Source: a virus
Taxonomy: Duplodnaviria; Caudoviricetes
Length of the DNA: 38,080 nt
Direction: 5' to 3' (one strand)
IMG/VR virus record: IMGVR_UViG_3300035180_000540
Span: 1 to 38,080 of that record
Shown here: positions 1 through 9,003 of the stretch, one piece after another
How the letters are laid out: the number at the start of each line of letters is the position of its first letter
Position numbering within the stretch: position 1 is the stretch's first letter
The notes under the pieces: generated by a model
What the model saw: the letters and a program-made list of their open reading frames with translations, nothing else
What the model was told of the DNA's origin: nothing
Database searches by the model: none
Made by a program: the position numbers and the translations under genes

Positions 1-127
1 ATGGACAAACTATCCTACGTACTGCTGAAACTTCTCCATTTAGTAATGGGGTTGATTACTTTACATTAAACAAATTTGAAATCGATATGGAGACTGGGAA
101 ATCACTTCCAAGTATTGAGGATACAAT
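1..127. repeat. Terminal direct repeat, copy 1 (circular assembly overlap)
   Basis: 1-127 is identical to 37954-38080, and one reading frame runs through the junction. Confidence 0.97.
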
Positions 128-320
128 TACACTATCGTTTTCAGATGATGGCGGTTTTACATTTAATAACGACCATACAATCTCATTAGGTGCGCAAGGT
201 GAGCGCAAGAAGCGTATTATATGGCGCAGACTTGGACGGCATAGGAATCTTACATTAAGAGTTACTACACGTTGTCAGTCGCAAGTTAATATCATTGCTG
301 CTCACGCACTTATGAGTTAA
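1..320 (+). CDS. 3' part of the P22 gp10-like tail hub (DNA stabilization) protein; gene starts at 36915 and wraps, 452 aa in total
   Basis: Track ORF 87..320 is in frame with the open frame from ATG 36915 once the 127-bp overlap is collapsed. Confidence 0.9.
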   Translation, partial: GQTILRTAETSPFSNGVDYFTLNKFEIDMETGKSLPSIEDTITLSFSDDGGFTFNNDHTISLGAQGERKKRIIWRRLGRHRNLTLRVTTRCQSQVNIIAAHALMS

Positions 321-321
321 T

Positions 322-573
322 ATGAATTTTCCTATATATACTCTTGATCCTCCACCTATTAACACACAAATTGCAGATGAAAATGGTATTCCTTCTCAAT
401 CGTTTGGATTCTTTTTACAAAAGATTTTTAAGAAATTTAAGATTTTTGATACTAATTTTAATACTATCCAAACAACACTTAATGCTGGAATCACAATCAA
501 TGTAGCTGTAACTACTCCAACTGGGACATCTACACTACATTTTACCGATGGAATTTTAACAAGTATTACATAA
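322..573 (+). CDS. Short tail protein at the P22 gp26 (needle/plug) position
   Basis: Directly follows the gp10-like gene; short helix plus C-terminal beta motif TLHFTDGILT. Call is mostly positional. Confidence 0.4.
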   Translation: MNFPIYTLDPPPINTQIADENGIPSQSFGFFLQKIFKKFKIFDTNFNTIQTTLNAGITINVAVTTPTGTSTLHFTDGILTSIT

Positions 574-589
574 TTAATGTTTCATATTG

Positions 590-598
590 TGATATAAT
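590..598 (+). promoter_or_regulatory. Extended -10 promoter (TGaTATAAT), probably giving a leaderless mRNA
   Basis: TGATATAAT ends at 598, the ATG is at 605, and there is no SD between them. Confidence 0.6.
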
Positions 599-604
599 AT
601 TTGC

Positions 605-1429
605 ATGAAAAACCTTGAACTACTATTATCATCAGGTAAAGATATTATCCAAAATATTAGCACTATGTCAGATGATGACTTAGGTGTTTTAGCTGAATAT
701 ATAAATGATACTTTCGATAAAGCAGATATACAAACAAACCACTATTTTCATGCAGGTATCTATATTCGTGAAATGGTAGTTCCAGCTAATTGTTTTGTAA
801 TAGGACAAGCTCATACTAGCGGAGACTTCACTAATATTCTTACACAAGGATCAGCACTTCTACGCAATGAAGAGGGGGAGATTATGGAAGTTACTGCCCC
901 ATATATATCCAATGCTAAAAACGGAAATAGAAAGACCGCATATTTTACAAGTGATTCAAAGTGGATCAATATTCATAATACAGATAAAACTACTGTTAAA
1001 GAAGTAGAAAAGGATATTCTAGTACCTGAAAGTCCACTATTTAAAACACGATATGAGTATATAAAAGCTATAAAAGATATTGGCTTTACCCATGAACAAG
1101 TACAATCAATTACTCAACAGCACCAAGACTTAATATGTATTGATATGTCTTTATTTGGAGTAGAAGTACAATCTTCTCCGATAGATGGGATGGGGCTATT
1201 TACTACAAAAGATTTTAAGCAAGGCGATGTTATATGTCCTACTCGTATTTGTGACTTTAGAACAGAGGCGGGAAGATATACAAATCATAGTGACTTTCCA
1301 AACGTAGAGAGTAAGCTATTAGACGGTCAGAGTGTTCACTATATAGCACTTAAAGATTTACTTGTTGGTGATGAAATTTTAGTCGATTATAGAGAAGCTT
1401 ACAAATTATTACGAGAAATGGAGAAATAA
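605..1429 (+). CDS. Cupin-like domain fused to a SET-domain (protein lysine methyltransferase) domain
   Basis: N-terminal HYFHAGIYIREM..GQAH..WINIH cupin-like pattern; C-terminal SET motifs SPIDGMGLF, RYTNHSDFPN and GDEILVDY. Confidence 0.85.
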   Translation: MKNLELLLSSGKDIIQNISTMSDDDLGVLAEYINDTFDKADIQTNHYFHAGIYIREMVVPANCFVIGQAHTSGDFTNILTQGSALLRNEEGEIMEVTAPYISNAKNGNRKTAYFTSDSKWINIHNTDKTTVKEVEKDILVPESPLFKTRYEYIKAIKDIGFTHEQVQSITQQHQDLICIDMSLFGVEVQSSPIDGMGLFTTKDFKQGDVICPTRICDFRTEAGRYTNHSDFPNVESKLLDGQSVHYIALKDLLVGDEILVDYREAYKLLREMEK

Positions 1430-1430
1430 G

Positions 1431-2111
1431 ATGGCAGGATGGGTAGCAGGGGCAGTAGCAATAAGCGCAGGATTAGGCGCATATTCAGCAAGTAGCGCAG
1501 CAGATAAACAAGCAAAAGCTGCTAAAGATGCAGCAGATAAACAAGCACAGAGCGCACAAGCTTCAATAGATTCTCAAAACGCGGCACTAGATAAACAAAT
1601 TGCACTAAACCAACCTTGGCAAGATGCAGGGCTTAAGGCATTAGGAAAATATGCAGATAACCCAGCGTTTAAATTTGGAGCAGAAGATTTTACAGCGTCA
1701 CCATCATATCAGTTCAGACAACAAGAAGGTGTTAATTCCCTTGATATGTCGGCATCATCAAGAGGTAAACTACTATCTGGTGCGCAAGATAAGGCTATAA
1801 CAAACTATGGGCAAAATTTAGCAAGTGAAGAGTATGGAAACGCATATAATCAAGCACTTCAAAACTATAATACAAATCAAAACACTCAACTAAATATAGC
1901 TAATATTGGACGTGGTGCAGCAGGGCAAACGCAATCTGCTATACAAAGTAACTCACAAGGTGTATCAAACGCATTGCTACAAAATGGAAATAATCAAGCA
2001 CAGGCACAATACGCAATGGGTAACGCATATGCTACTGGGGCGCAGGGTATGACTACAGCATTAAACCAAGGTGTTGGAAATGCTTTATATATGTACAATA
2101 AGGGGAAATAG
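1431..2111 (+). CDS. DNA ejection/transfer protein (P22 gp7-like)
   Basis: Gly/Ala hydrophobic N-terminus, Q/N/A-rich, PSYQFRQQEG motif, first of three ejection-position genes. Confidence 0.7.
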   Translation: MAGWVAGAVAISAGLGAYSASSAADKQAKAAKDAADKQAQSAQASIDSQNAALDKQIALNQPWQDAGLKALGKYADNPAFKFGAEDFTASPSYQFRQQEGVNSLDMSASSRGKLLSGAQDKAITNYGQNLASEEYGNAYNQALQNYNTNQNTQLNIANIGRGAAGQTQSAIQSNSQGVSNALLQNGNNQAQAQYAMGNAYATGAQGMTTALNQGVGNALYMYNKGK

Positions 2112-3124
2112 TGAGCGAGTTTGCAAACCAATATGGAATTAATTTAGGTGCTATCGATGAAGCAGTATCCGCACAAAAAACAGCACAGCAAAATCAAGAG
2201 TTAAATGCTTTACAGATTAATAAAATTAAAGATGATAAAGTAAAAGAAGATGCGTCTGAAAAAGCAGACAAGGATTATATGAACAATCCTCAAGCAGCCG
2301 TAGCAACAAGTATTAAACAAAAGATGAACTGGGCTACTCTCGATGAGGTACAGCGCAAAAATGCAGCAGATCAACTAAAAGAAACTATTAATAAGCATGG
2401 TCTTGCAATCCACAACATCATGCAGATACAAGACCCTACTCAACAAAAACAAGCATTAGAACAAAACTTTCAACAGCTTTCACCAGCTGAACAACAAGAA
2501 TATTCTAATAAGTATGGAACAACTTCGGAACAGTGGCAACAAAATTTACCGAATACTATGAATGATTTACTAGTGGCAAATGGTGGAGTTGATCTGCTAC
2601 AAAGACAAGAAGATGCTAAAGTAGCTAATCAGTATAAACTCAATGAAGATGCGTTGAAACAAAAAAATTCTATTGATATTGAAAACTTAAAAGGTGGCTA
2701 TACCCTATCAGCAGCAGATAAAAAAATTGAAGCTGATAAACTAACTCTTAAAGAAAAAGAAAAATTTACGTCTGGTGAAAATGAACTTAATCGTCAAAAC
2801 CGTACAAAGAACGCGCAGATAAAGAGTAAGGGGAGCGATAGACTAACAGAGGGTGATAAGAACGTACTAGCACTTATGGATGCTAATCCGGGTATAACTC
2901 AAAACCAAGCAAGAATATATCTTTTGAACGCACCAAAAACTACAAATGTAAATGACCCTATCTATGGTGATAAAACAATTACATCAAGTAAGACACTTCC
3001 AAATGGAGGGAATAAGCCAGTACAACCAAGTGCATATAATCCTGCTAATGTGGTTAGGTATGGTACAAAAGGTGGACAAAAGGTGGCGCAAATGAAAGAT
3101 GGAAGTATCGTCTATGTCAAATGA
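2111..3124 (+). CDS. Putative DNA ejection protein (P22 gp20 position)
   Basis: Helical Q/K-rich protein between the gp7-like gene and the giant internal protein gene. Confidence 0.55.
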   Translation: MSEFANQYGINLGAIDEAVSAQKTAQQNQELNALQINKIKDDKVKEDASEKADKDYMNNPQAAVATSIKQKMNWATLDEVQRKNAADQLKETINKHGLAIHNIMQIQDPTQQKQALEQNFQQLSPAEQQEYSNKYGTTSEQWQQNLPNTMNDLLVANGGVDLLQRQEDAKVANQYKLNEDALKQKNSIDIENLKGGYTLSAADKKIEADKLTLKEKEKFTSGENELNRQNRTKNAQIKSKGSDRLTEGDKNVLALMDANPGITQNQARIYLLNAPKTTNVNDPIYGDKTITSSKTLPNGGNKPVQPSAYNPANVVRYGTKGGQKVAQMKDGSIVYVK

Positions 3125-6100
3125 TGGAGTTGTTTGGGATAAACCATCAGCAGATAATGGAATAGTTTGGGATAAACAAAAAGATGATGGAGTTGTTTGG
3201 GATAAACCAAAAGATAATAGTGCTAAATCAGTACCCCCTGCAAAACAAAATCCTTCATTATTAGATAAGATAAAAAATGAAGCAATAGGAGCAGGAGAGG
3301 CTGGGCTATCACTAGCAACAGCACTAACAACTGGAGCAGCTGGAGCAATAGGTGGAACAATTAGAGGTATATATGAAGCCTCAAAAGAACCCGATAAAGA
3401 TAAACGTCAAAGCATTGTACAAGGTTATCAAGATAGGGGTGGTGCTGAATATACATATCAACCAAGAACTAAAGAAGGTCAGAGAGATATAAATAAAGTT
3501 AATGATACTTTAGAACCTCTAATGGCTTTCGGTCCAGCAGCAACAGAACTTAATGAATTGCATAGTGCTATTGGTTTTACTAAGCCATTGATAAGAAATA
3601 CTGTTTCTAAAATAGGGAATACTGTTAATGCTCCTCTAGTAAAACGTCATGCTCCACTTATTGAAGCTGTAGAGAATGGAGAAGTACCACCACACGTTGC
3701 AGAGAAGATTATAAAATCAGACCCATCAGTAGTATCAGCAGTTAAAAAAAATACATCCTTTACAGATATTGTTGCAGATAATATAAATAAACAACCTACT
3801 GATGAAGCTATAACACCACCTAAAACAATTGAGCAAAGAATAGACGAACACTTAGTTAATAATGGTGAAGAGCCACATTTTGATACTACTATGAAGCCTT
3901 TATCACCACAAGAACAAGTAGACCATGTTACGGATAATATAAATAACGAGCAACCATTACAACATGATGAAGTAAAAGATAGTGCAACATTAGATGATTC
4001 TGGACAGCCAATGTTTAGTAAGGTAGGGGAAGTTAAAACTATAAAACAATTAGAGCAAGAAAATAAAACTACTATTCCAAAAGTTCCAACTGAAAATATA
4101 TTTAAAAATAAACTTGGAACAATACCTACTGAAGAGAAAGTGGCATTAGATAAACATATAGAAAATAATGGGATTGAAAGTCTACCAATAAAAGAAGTAA
4201 ATGTAGAAGATATTGTTCCTACACAAAAAAATGTTACTATTAAAAATCTACAATCAGTTAAGGGTAAGGATATCCCTATTGAAGATTCTGTAACTGCGAT
4301 TGAAAAAGATGGAAAATATTATATTACAGATGGTCATCATAGAGTAGCTAATGATATTTTAGATGGTAAAAAATCTGTATCTGTTAAGGTGTTTAAGCAA
4401 AATGGAATAACTGAAGAGCAAAGAATAGCTAACCGTGACGAATGGCACAAAGATAGTCACCCACTAACTAAGAATGAAGACGGTACTCCTAAGGTTTTTT
4501 ATCATGGTACTAAGGGTGATTTTAACACATTTAAAAAATCAGAGATAGGATCATCTAATGATAGCGGTATATGGGGTAAAGGATTTTATTTTGGTGATAC
4601 CCCTGAGATAGCAAACGCCTATGCTAAGGGATGGAAAGGTATATATGATAAATCTAATGTTATGCCCATTCATCTTAATATTAAAAATCCTCTAATACTA
4701 ACACAAGATACAAAAAAATCTATAATAGAAAAAATAAGTAAAGAGGTTGATAATCCATTTGAGAGTACAGCAGCATATTCCGATAGACTAACAAAAGGAC
4801 TTATAGCTAGAGGATATGATGGAGTAATAGATAAAATAGGTGGGCATAATGTAGCTTTTGACCCTAAACAAATTAAATCAATCCATAATCGTGGTACATT
4901 CGATGAAACAAACCATAACATACTGCACAGTAAGGGAACTAAAGGCTCAACCACTACCGAAGCTATCCACCAACAAGCTAAAAAACTCCTAGGTAAACAA
5001 TATGACAAACTAAAAGTCGATATAAACATTGTACAATCATATAAAGACCTCCCAAAAGATTTACGTGACCGTGGGGAAAAGTTCTCATCAGGTGGTGAAG
5101 TACGTGGAGTATTTGACCCTAAAGATGGTAAGGTACATTTAGTAGCTGATACTATTGGTACAAAAGAAGTTAATGGGGTGCTTATTCATGAGCTATTGCA
5201 CAAAGCAAAAGCAAGTTGCGTAAAAGTATTAGGAGAATCTCACGATACCTTTGTCCTAAGACTCAAACAACTCAAAGAGGAACCATTAGTCAAACAAGCT
5301 TTTCAATCGGCTAAAGATGCAGGAACAAGTGCAAAACATATGGACGAAGAAATGATGTCATATCTAGTTGAGAAGTTCCAATTAGGTAAAGAAATGTCGC
5401 CTAAGCTAAAACGTTTCGTATCTGATATCATCGACGCTGTAAAAGTATTTGCATCAAAGACTGCTGTAAAACTTGGAGTTGATCCTAAGTGGCTAATATC
5501 TAAGATGAATGAGAAGGATATAGCGGCACTTTTAAAATCATCTGCTATTAAGCAAGGTGAAAATGTAGTATCGAAAGGAGATAGTATGTTTTCAAAAGCT
5601 TGGGGAGATTTAATAAAATCAGGAGTAAGCAATAAAGGAAATAAGATAGAAATATATGAACCATATAAAAACTCTTTCACTGCTATTATAAAAAACAAAA
5701 AAGGCGTAACTGTATCAAAGTTAAATTATGAAATAAAAGATAACAAGATAGTTCCACAAATGGCATTTACTGAGCCATCATTTAGAAGAAAAGGATTTGC
5801 TTCTGAGTTATATAAGTCACTGTCAGATATTGAAAAAAAATCAATTAGTAAAACTGTCTTAGAAAGAACAGAAGATGGGGAGTTATTTAGAAAAACATTC
5901 GATGAAACAAACCCTAACATACTATTCTCAAAAGCAAGTACAAAAGAAATGGTTACTGATGCAGTAGATAAAGCAACTGAAACTCTACAAGACTATTGGA
6001 AACCAGTTGAAAAATACCTAACTTCAAGTGATTTAGGTAAAAAAGTAAATGACGCAAGAAAAGCTATTTATGGGCGTACTGGAGCACGAATAGCAAAAGT

Positions 6101-8390
6101 ACGTGATACTCAAATGGAAATAGTTAATAATATTGTCAAGCACTCTAAGCATATTTATGAATCGGTAGAGTCACTACGTAAAGACCTTAACGCATTTTTA
6201 ATTGCACAACACGCTCCAGAAAGAAATGCTGCCTTATATGATGGTTCAGCAGGAGTTACAATACAACAGGCTAACGACTCACTAAAAGCTATGCAACAAG
6301 CAGACCCTACTAAGTATAAACTCCTTCAAGTATGGGCAGATAAAGTACGCTCATTAAATAACCAAACACTTGATATTTTAAAAGAAGGGCAAATTATTAC
6401 TCCAGAGCTGTATGATACATTACGAGCTAAATATAAAAATCACGTACCATTACAGCGTATCATGCCAGAAGATGTTGAGACATCAGGAAGTATTACAGGT
6501 GGTAAAGGCTTTAGCGTAAAATCAACTGGTGTTAAAACTGCAAAAGGTAGTGACCTTGAAGTGTCTGATATTCTTGGAAACGTATCTGCAAACGTACAAG
6601 AAGCAATTATCCGTGCAGAGAAAAATAGAGTAGGTCTTTCAATGTGGGATATGTTCAAATCTGATCCTTTATTGGGAGAAGCTAGAGGGCTTAAAATGGT
6701 GGGTAAAGACCTTAAAGGTAAACCAATAATGGAAACTCCAACAGATAATATGATCGTGCTTTTTAAAGATGGAAAGAAAAAAGTAATTATCCCGAATGAT
6801 CCAATAATAGCTAAAGTATATAATCAACTTAATGTAGAAGAGAGAGGATTAATAGCAAGAGTAGTAGCACCAACAACACGAACTCTTGCAATGATGTATA
6901 CTCGTCTTAATCCTGAATTTGCGTTCTCTAACGTAGTGCGTGATATACAAGAAGCTTTTGTTTACAATGCAGCAGAGATGAGTGGTAAAGATGCAATAGG
7001 GGCTTTAGGTAATCAGCCATGGGGGATGAACGCTGTACGAAAATATATGATGGGTGATAGAACATCAGCAGAAGCAAAACTATATGAGCAGATGAAAATG
7101 GATGGTGGAACTACTGGAGGAATTACACTTGCTAATCGTAGTAGGATTACAGAGGATATTGATACTATGTTTAAAATCGCACAGTCAAACCCACGTAAAG
7201 TAGTTGAAAAAGTATTTGAGACTATTGATAACTTTAATAGTGTTTTTGAAGATGGAACAAGACTCGCTGCATATAAACAAGCATTAGATAAAGGACTCAC
7301 AAGAGAACGTGCCGCTATTATTGCTAAAGAAACAACTATCGACTTTAACCGAAAAGGTACTGCTACCCCTTGGGTAAATTCATTATGGATGTTTTCTAAT
7401 GCTTCAATACAGGGTTCATATAAAATGATAAAAGCATTTAAAAATCCTAAAGTATTAGCAGGAACAGTAGGAGTAGTATCAGGAATTTCAATGGCTGTTG
7501 ATTCTTATAATGATGCTATAGACCCAGAGTGGAGAGATAAAGTAAACGACTTCGAGAGATCAAGCAATTATGTGATTTTACTTGATAATAAAGATGGTAA
7601 TTTACGCCGTATTAATATACCTATTGGATGGGGATTTAAGCCAATAAAAGCAATGGTAGAATCTATCCGTGATGTCGCAGTAGGTAAGGCAATAGGAAAT
7701 CCAGTAACCCGTGTACTAAAAGCAATATCATCTGGATATAACCCTATTGGTGGAAATGATTGGGTATCTACTATATCGCCTACTATCACTGATGTAGCTG
7801 TAGATATCAACCGTAATATAAGTTGGAAAGGTTCAGCTATTAGTCCTAAAGGAATGGACTTAGCAAACCCATCTGATAAATATTACCCTGAGACTCCGAA
7901 TACATTAGGCGGTCGTATGGCTATAAAGCTTGTACAAGGTACTGAGAAGATAGGGCTTGATTTAACACCAGAAGATATAAAGTATATTACAAACTCTTAC
8001 GGTGGTGGTCCATTAAACTTCTCAACAGGTATGCTTAATATGCTTACAAATGCTACAAATGGGAAAGATATTGACCCTAAAGATATGGTAATGGCAAGAC
8101 GTTTCTATAAAGTTACTGACCCTAACAGACTTGAAGGATATCAAGGGAAACAATCTATTAACAAGATGATTGAAAAAGTACAAGATGCTAAAACTCAACA
8201 AGAAAGAATTGAAGTGATTAAAACAGAACTTCCAAAAATACCAGAAGCCGATCGAGCAAAAGCTATAAGTACTTTAAAGCATGGTGGGCTACTACCAAGC
8301 AAGCAGGGAATAGTAAAGTCAAGTGAAAAAGCACAGTGGGAAAATAATATTTTAAATCCTTTTGAAAGTTCATTGACTAAAAACAAATAA
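3099..8390 (+). CDS. Large polyvalent internal virion/ejection protein (ParB-like, ADP-ribosyltransferase-like, HExxH metallopeptidase-like, GNAT-like, LPD38-like); start may be ATG 3114
   Basis: Motifs YYITDGHHRV; VFYHGT..GFYF..ANAYA..LNIKNPL; VRGVFD..LIHELLH; FRRKGFASELY; long helical C-terminus (NPEFAFSNVVRD, EDGTRLAAY, TIDFNRKG). P22 gp16 position. Confidence 0.8.
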   Translation: MEVSSMSNDGVVWDKPSADNGIVWDKQKDDGVVWDKPKDNSAKSVPPAKQNPSLLDKIKNEAIGAGEAGLSLATALTTGAAGAIGGTIRGIYEASKEPDKDKRQSIVQGYQDRGGAEYTYQPRTKEGQRDINKVNDTLEPLMAFGPAATELNELHSAIGFTKPLIRNTVSKIGNTVNAPLVKRHAPLIEAVENGEVPPHVAEKIIKSDPSVVSAVKKNTSFTDIVADNINKQPTDEAITPPKTIEQRIDEHLVNNGEEPHFDTTMKPLSPQEQVDHVTDNINNEQPLQHDEVKDSATLDDSGQPMFSKVGEVKTIKQLEQENKTTIPKVPTENIFKNKLGTIPTEEKVALDKHIENNGIESLPIKEVNVEDIVPTQKNVTIKNLQSVKGKDIPIEDSVTAIEKDGKYYITDGHHRVANDILDGKKSVSVKVFKQNGITEEQRIANRDEWHKDSHPLTKNEDGTPKVFYHGTKGDFNTFKKSEIGSSNDSGIWGKGFYFGDTPEIANAYAKGWKGIYDKSNVMPIHLNIKNPLILTQDTKKSIIEKISKEVDNPFESTAAYSDRLTKGLIARGYDGVIDKIGGHNVAFDPKQIKSIHNRGTFDETNHNILHSKGTKGSTTTEAIHQQAKKLLGKQYDKLKVDINIVQSYKDLPKDLRDRGEKFSSGGEVRGVFDPKDGKVHLVADTIGTKEVNGVLIHELLHKAKASCVKVLGESHDTFVLRLKQLKEEPLVKQAFQSAKDAGTSAKHMDEEMMSYLVEKFQLGKEMSPKLKRFVSDIIDAVKVFASKTAVKLGVDPKWLISKMNEKDIAALLKSSAIKQGENVVSKGDSMFSKAWGDLIKSGVSNKGNKIEIYEPYKNSFTAIIKNKKGVTVSKLNYEIKDNKIVPQMAFTEPSFRRKGFASELYKSLSDIEKKSISKTVLERTEDGELFRKTFDETNPNILFSKASTKEMVTDAVDKATETLQDYWKPVEKYLTSSDLGKKVNDARKAIYGRTGARIAKVRDTQMEIVNNIVKHSKHIYESVESLRKDLNAFLIAQHAPERNAALYDGSAGVTIQQANDSLKAMQQADPTKYKLLQVWADKVRSLNNQTLDILKEGQIITPELYDTLRAKYKNHVPLQRIMPEDVETSGSITGGKGFSVKSTGVKTAKGSDLEVSDILGNVSANVQEAIIRAEKNRVGLSMWDMFKSDPLLGEARGLKMVGKDLKGKPIMETPTDNMIVLFKDGKKKVIIPNDPIIAKVYNQLNVEERGLIARVVAPTTRTLAMMYTRLNPEFAFSNVVRDIQEAFVYNAAEMSGKDAIGALGNQPWGMNAVRKYMMGDRTSAEAKLYEQMKMDGGTTGGITLANRSRITEDIDTMFKIAQSNPRKVVEKVFETIDNFNSVFEDGTRLAAYKQALDKGLTRERAAIIAKETTIDFNRKGTATPWVNSLWMFSNASIQGSYKMIKAFKNPKVLAGTVGVVSGISMAVDSYNDAIDPEWRDKVNDFERSSNYVILLDNKDGNLRRINIPIGWGFKPIKAMVESIRDVAVGKAIGNPVTRVLKAISSGYNPIGGNDWVSTISPTITDVAVDINRNISWKGSAISPKGMDLANPSDKYYPETPNTLGGRMAIKLVQGTEKIGLDLTPEDIKYITNSYGGGPLNFSTGMLNMLTNATNGKDIDPKDMVMARRFYKVTDPNRLEGYQGKQSINKMIEKVQDAKTQQERIEVIKTELPKIPEADRAKAISTLKHGGLLPSKQGIVKSSEKAQWENNILNPFESSLTKNK
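3123..3210 (+). repeat. Three in-frame (D/N)G(V/I)VWDK peptide repeats
   Basis: gatggagttgtttgggataaacca occurs twice, with aatggaatagtttgggataaacaa between the copies. Confidence 0.9.
4896..5923 (+). repeat. 29-nt direct repeat pair (4896-4924 and 5895-5923), 999 bp apart, in frame
   Basis: acattcgatgaaacaaacc(a/c)taacatact, one mismatch; encodes TFDETN(H/P)NIL. Confidence 0.92.
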
Positions 8391-8414
8391 ACATAAACAT
8401 AATTAAACAAAACG

Positions 8415-8423
8415 TGTTATAAT
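8415..8423 (+). promoter_or_regulatory. Extended -10 promoter for the tail-fibre/lysis genes
   Basis: TAAACAAA-N3-TGTTATAAT, the same context as 33430; SD AAGGA follows. Confidence 0.6.
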
Positions 8424-8449
8424 TTAGCTAATATAAAAGGAATAGATTA

Positions 8450-8995
8450 ATGGCAGGACAAATATTAACCGATTGTAATTTTCAAGGTATCAGTAATGAT
8501 GGACTTGTAACTGCGTATGGTAAGCTATATATTGTTTCCACTATTACTGGACTACCAGTTAGTACCTTTCAAGATACATCATTATCGATTGTAAATACAA
8601 ACCCAGTTATCCTTTCATCATCAGGAAGAGCAAGAGTATTTCTATCTTATGGACAATATAATATCACGCTCAAAGATCAGTTTGATACAGTAGTTTGGAC
8701 ACTAAATGGCTATGTGTCATCTGTACTTGATAATCAGTCTATCATTGATGCAGCAGCATCTACAGCAGTAAACGCATCTTCCGCACAATCAGCTGCAACT
8801 ATCGCAACTACACAAGCAAATATCGCTATTCAAGCTGGGAGTAGTTCAGCTTCATATGCACTAACTTGCTCTTCATTAGCAAATATGATATGGGCTTCAT
8901 TTAATGTTGTTGATGGAGAGCTAAATGTTTCCTATGTTGATGGCGCAACCTCTACCCCGTCTCTCGTTGATGGTGAATTTATAATTACATACTAG
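8450..8995 (+). CDS. Tailspike head-binding/anchor-type adaptor with no receptor-binding domain
   Basis: GKLYI..TFQD..NTNPVILSSSGRA..GQYNITLKD anchor-like N-terminus, Ala-rich coil, short VDGEL/VDGEF C-terminus. Confidence 0.7.
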   Translation: MAGQILTDCNFQGISNDGLVTAYGKLYIVSTITGLPVSTFQDTSLSIVNTNPVILSSSGRARVFLSYGQYNITLKDQFDTVVWTLNGYVSSVLDNQSIIDAAASTAVNASSAQSAATIATTQANIAIQAGSSSASYALTCSSLANMIWASFNVVDGELNVSYVDGATSTPSLVDGEFIITY

Positions 8996-9003
8996 GAGTA
9001 TAA

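Noticed and set aside
87-320. 77-aa ORF as a standalone gene
   Set aside because: It is the C-terminus of the gp10-like gene that starts at 36915.
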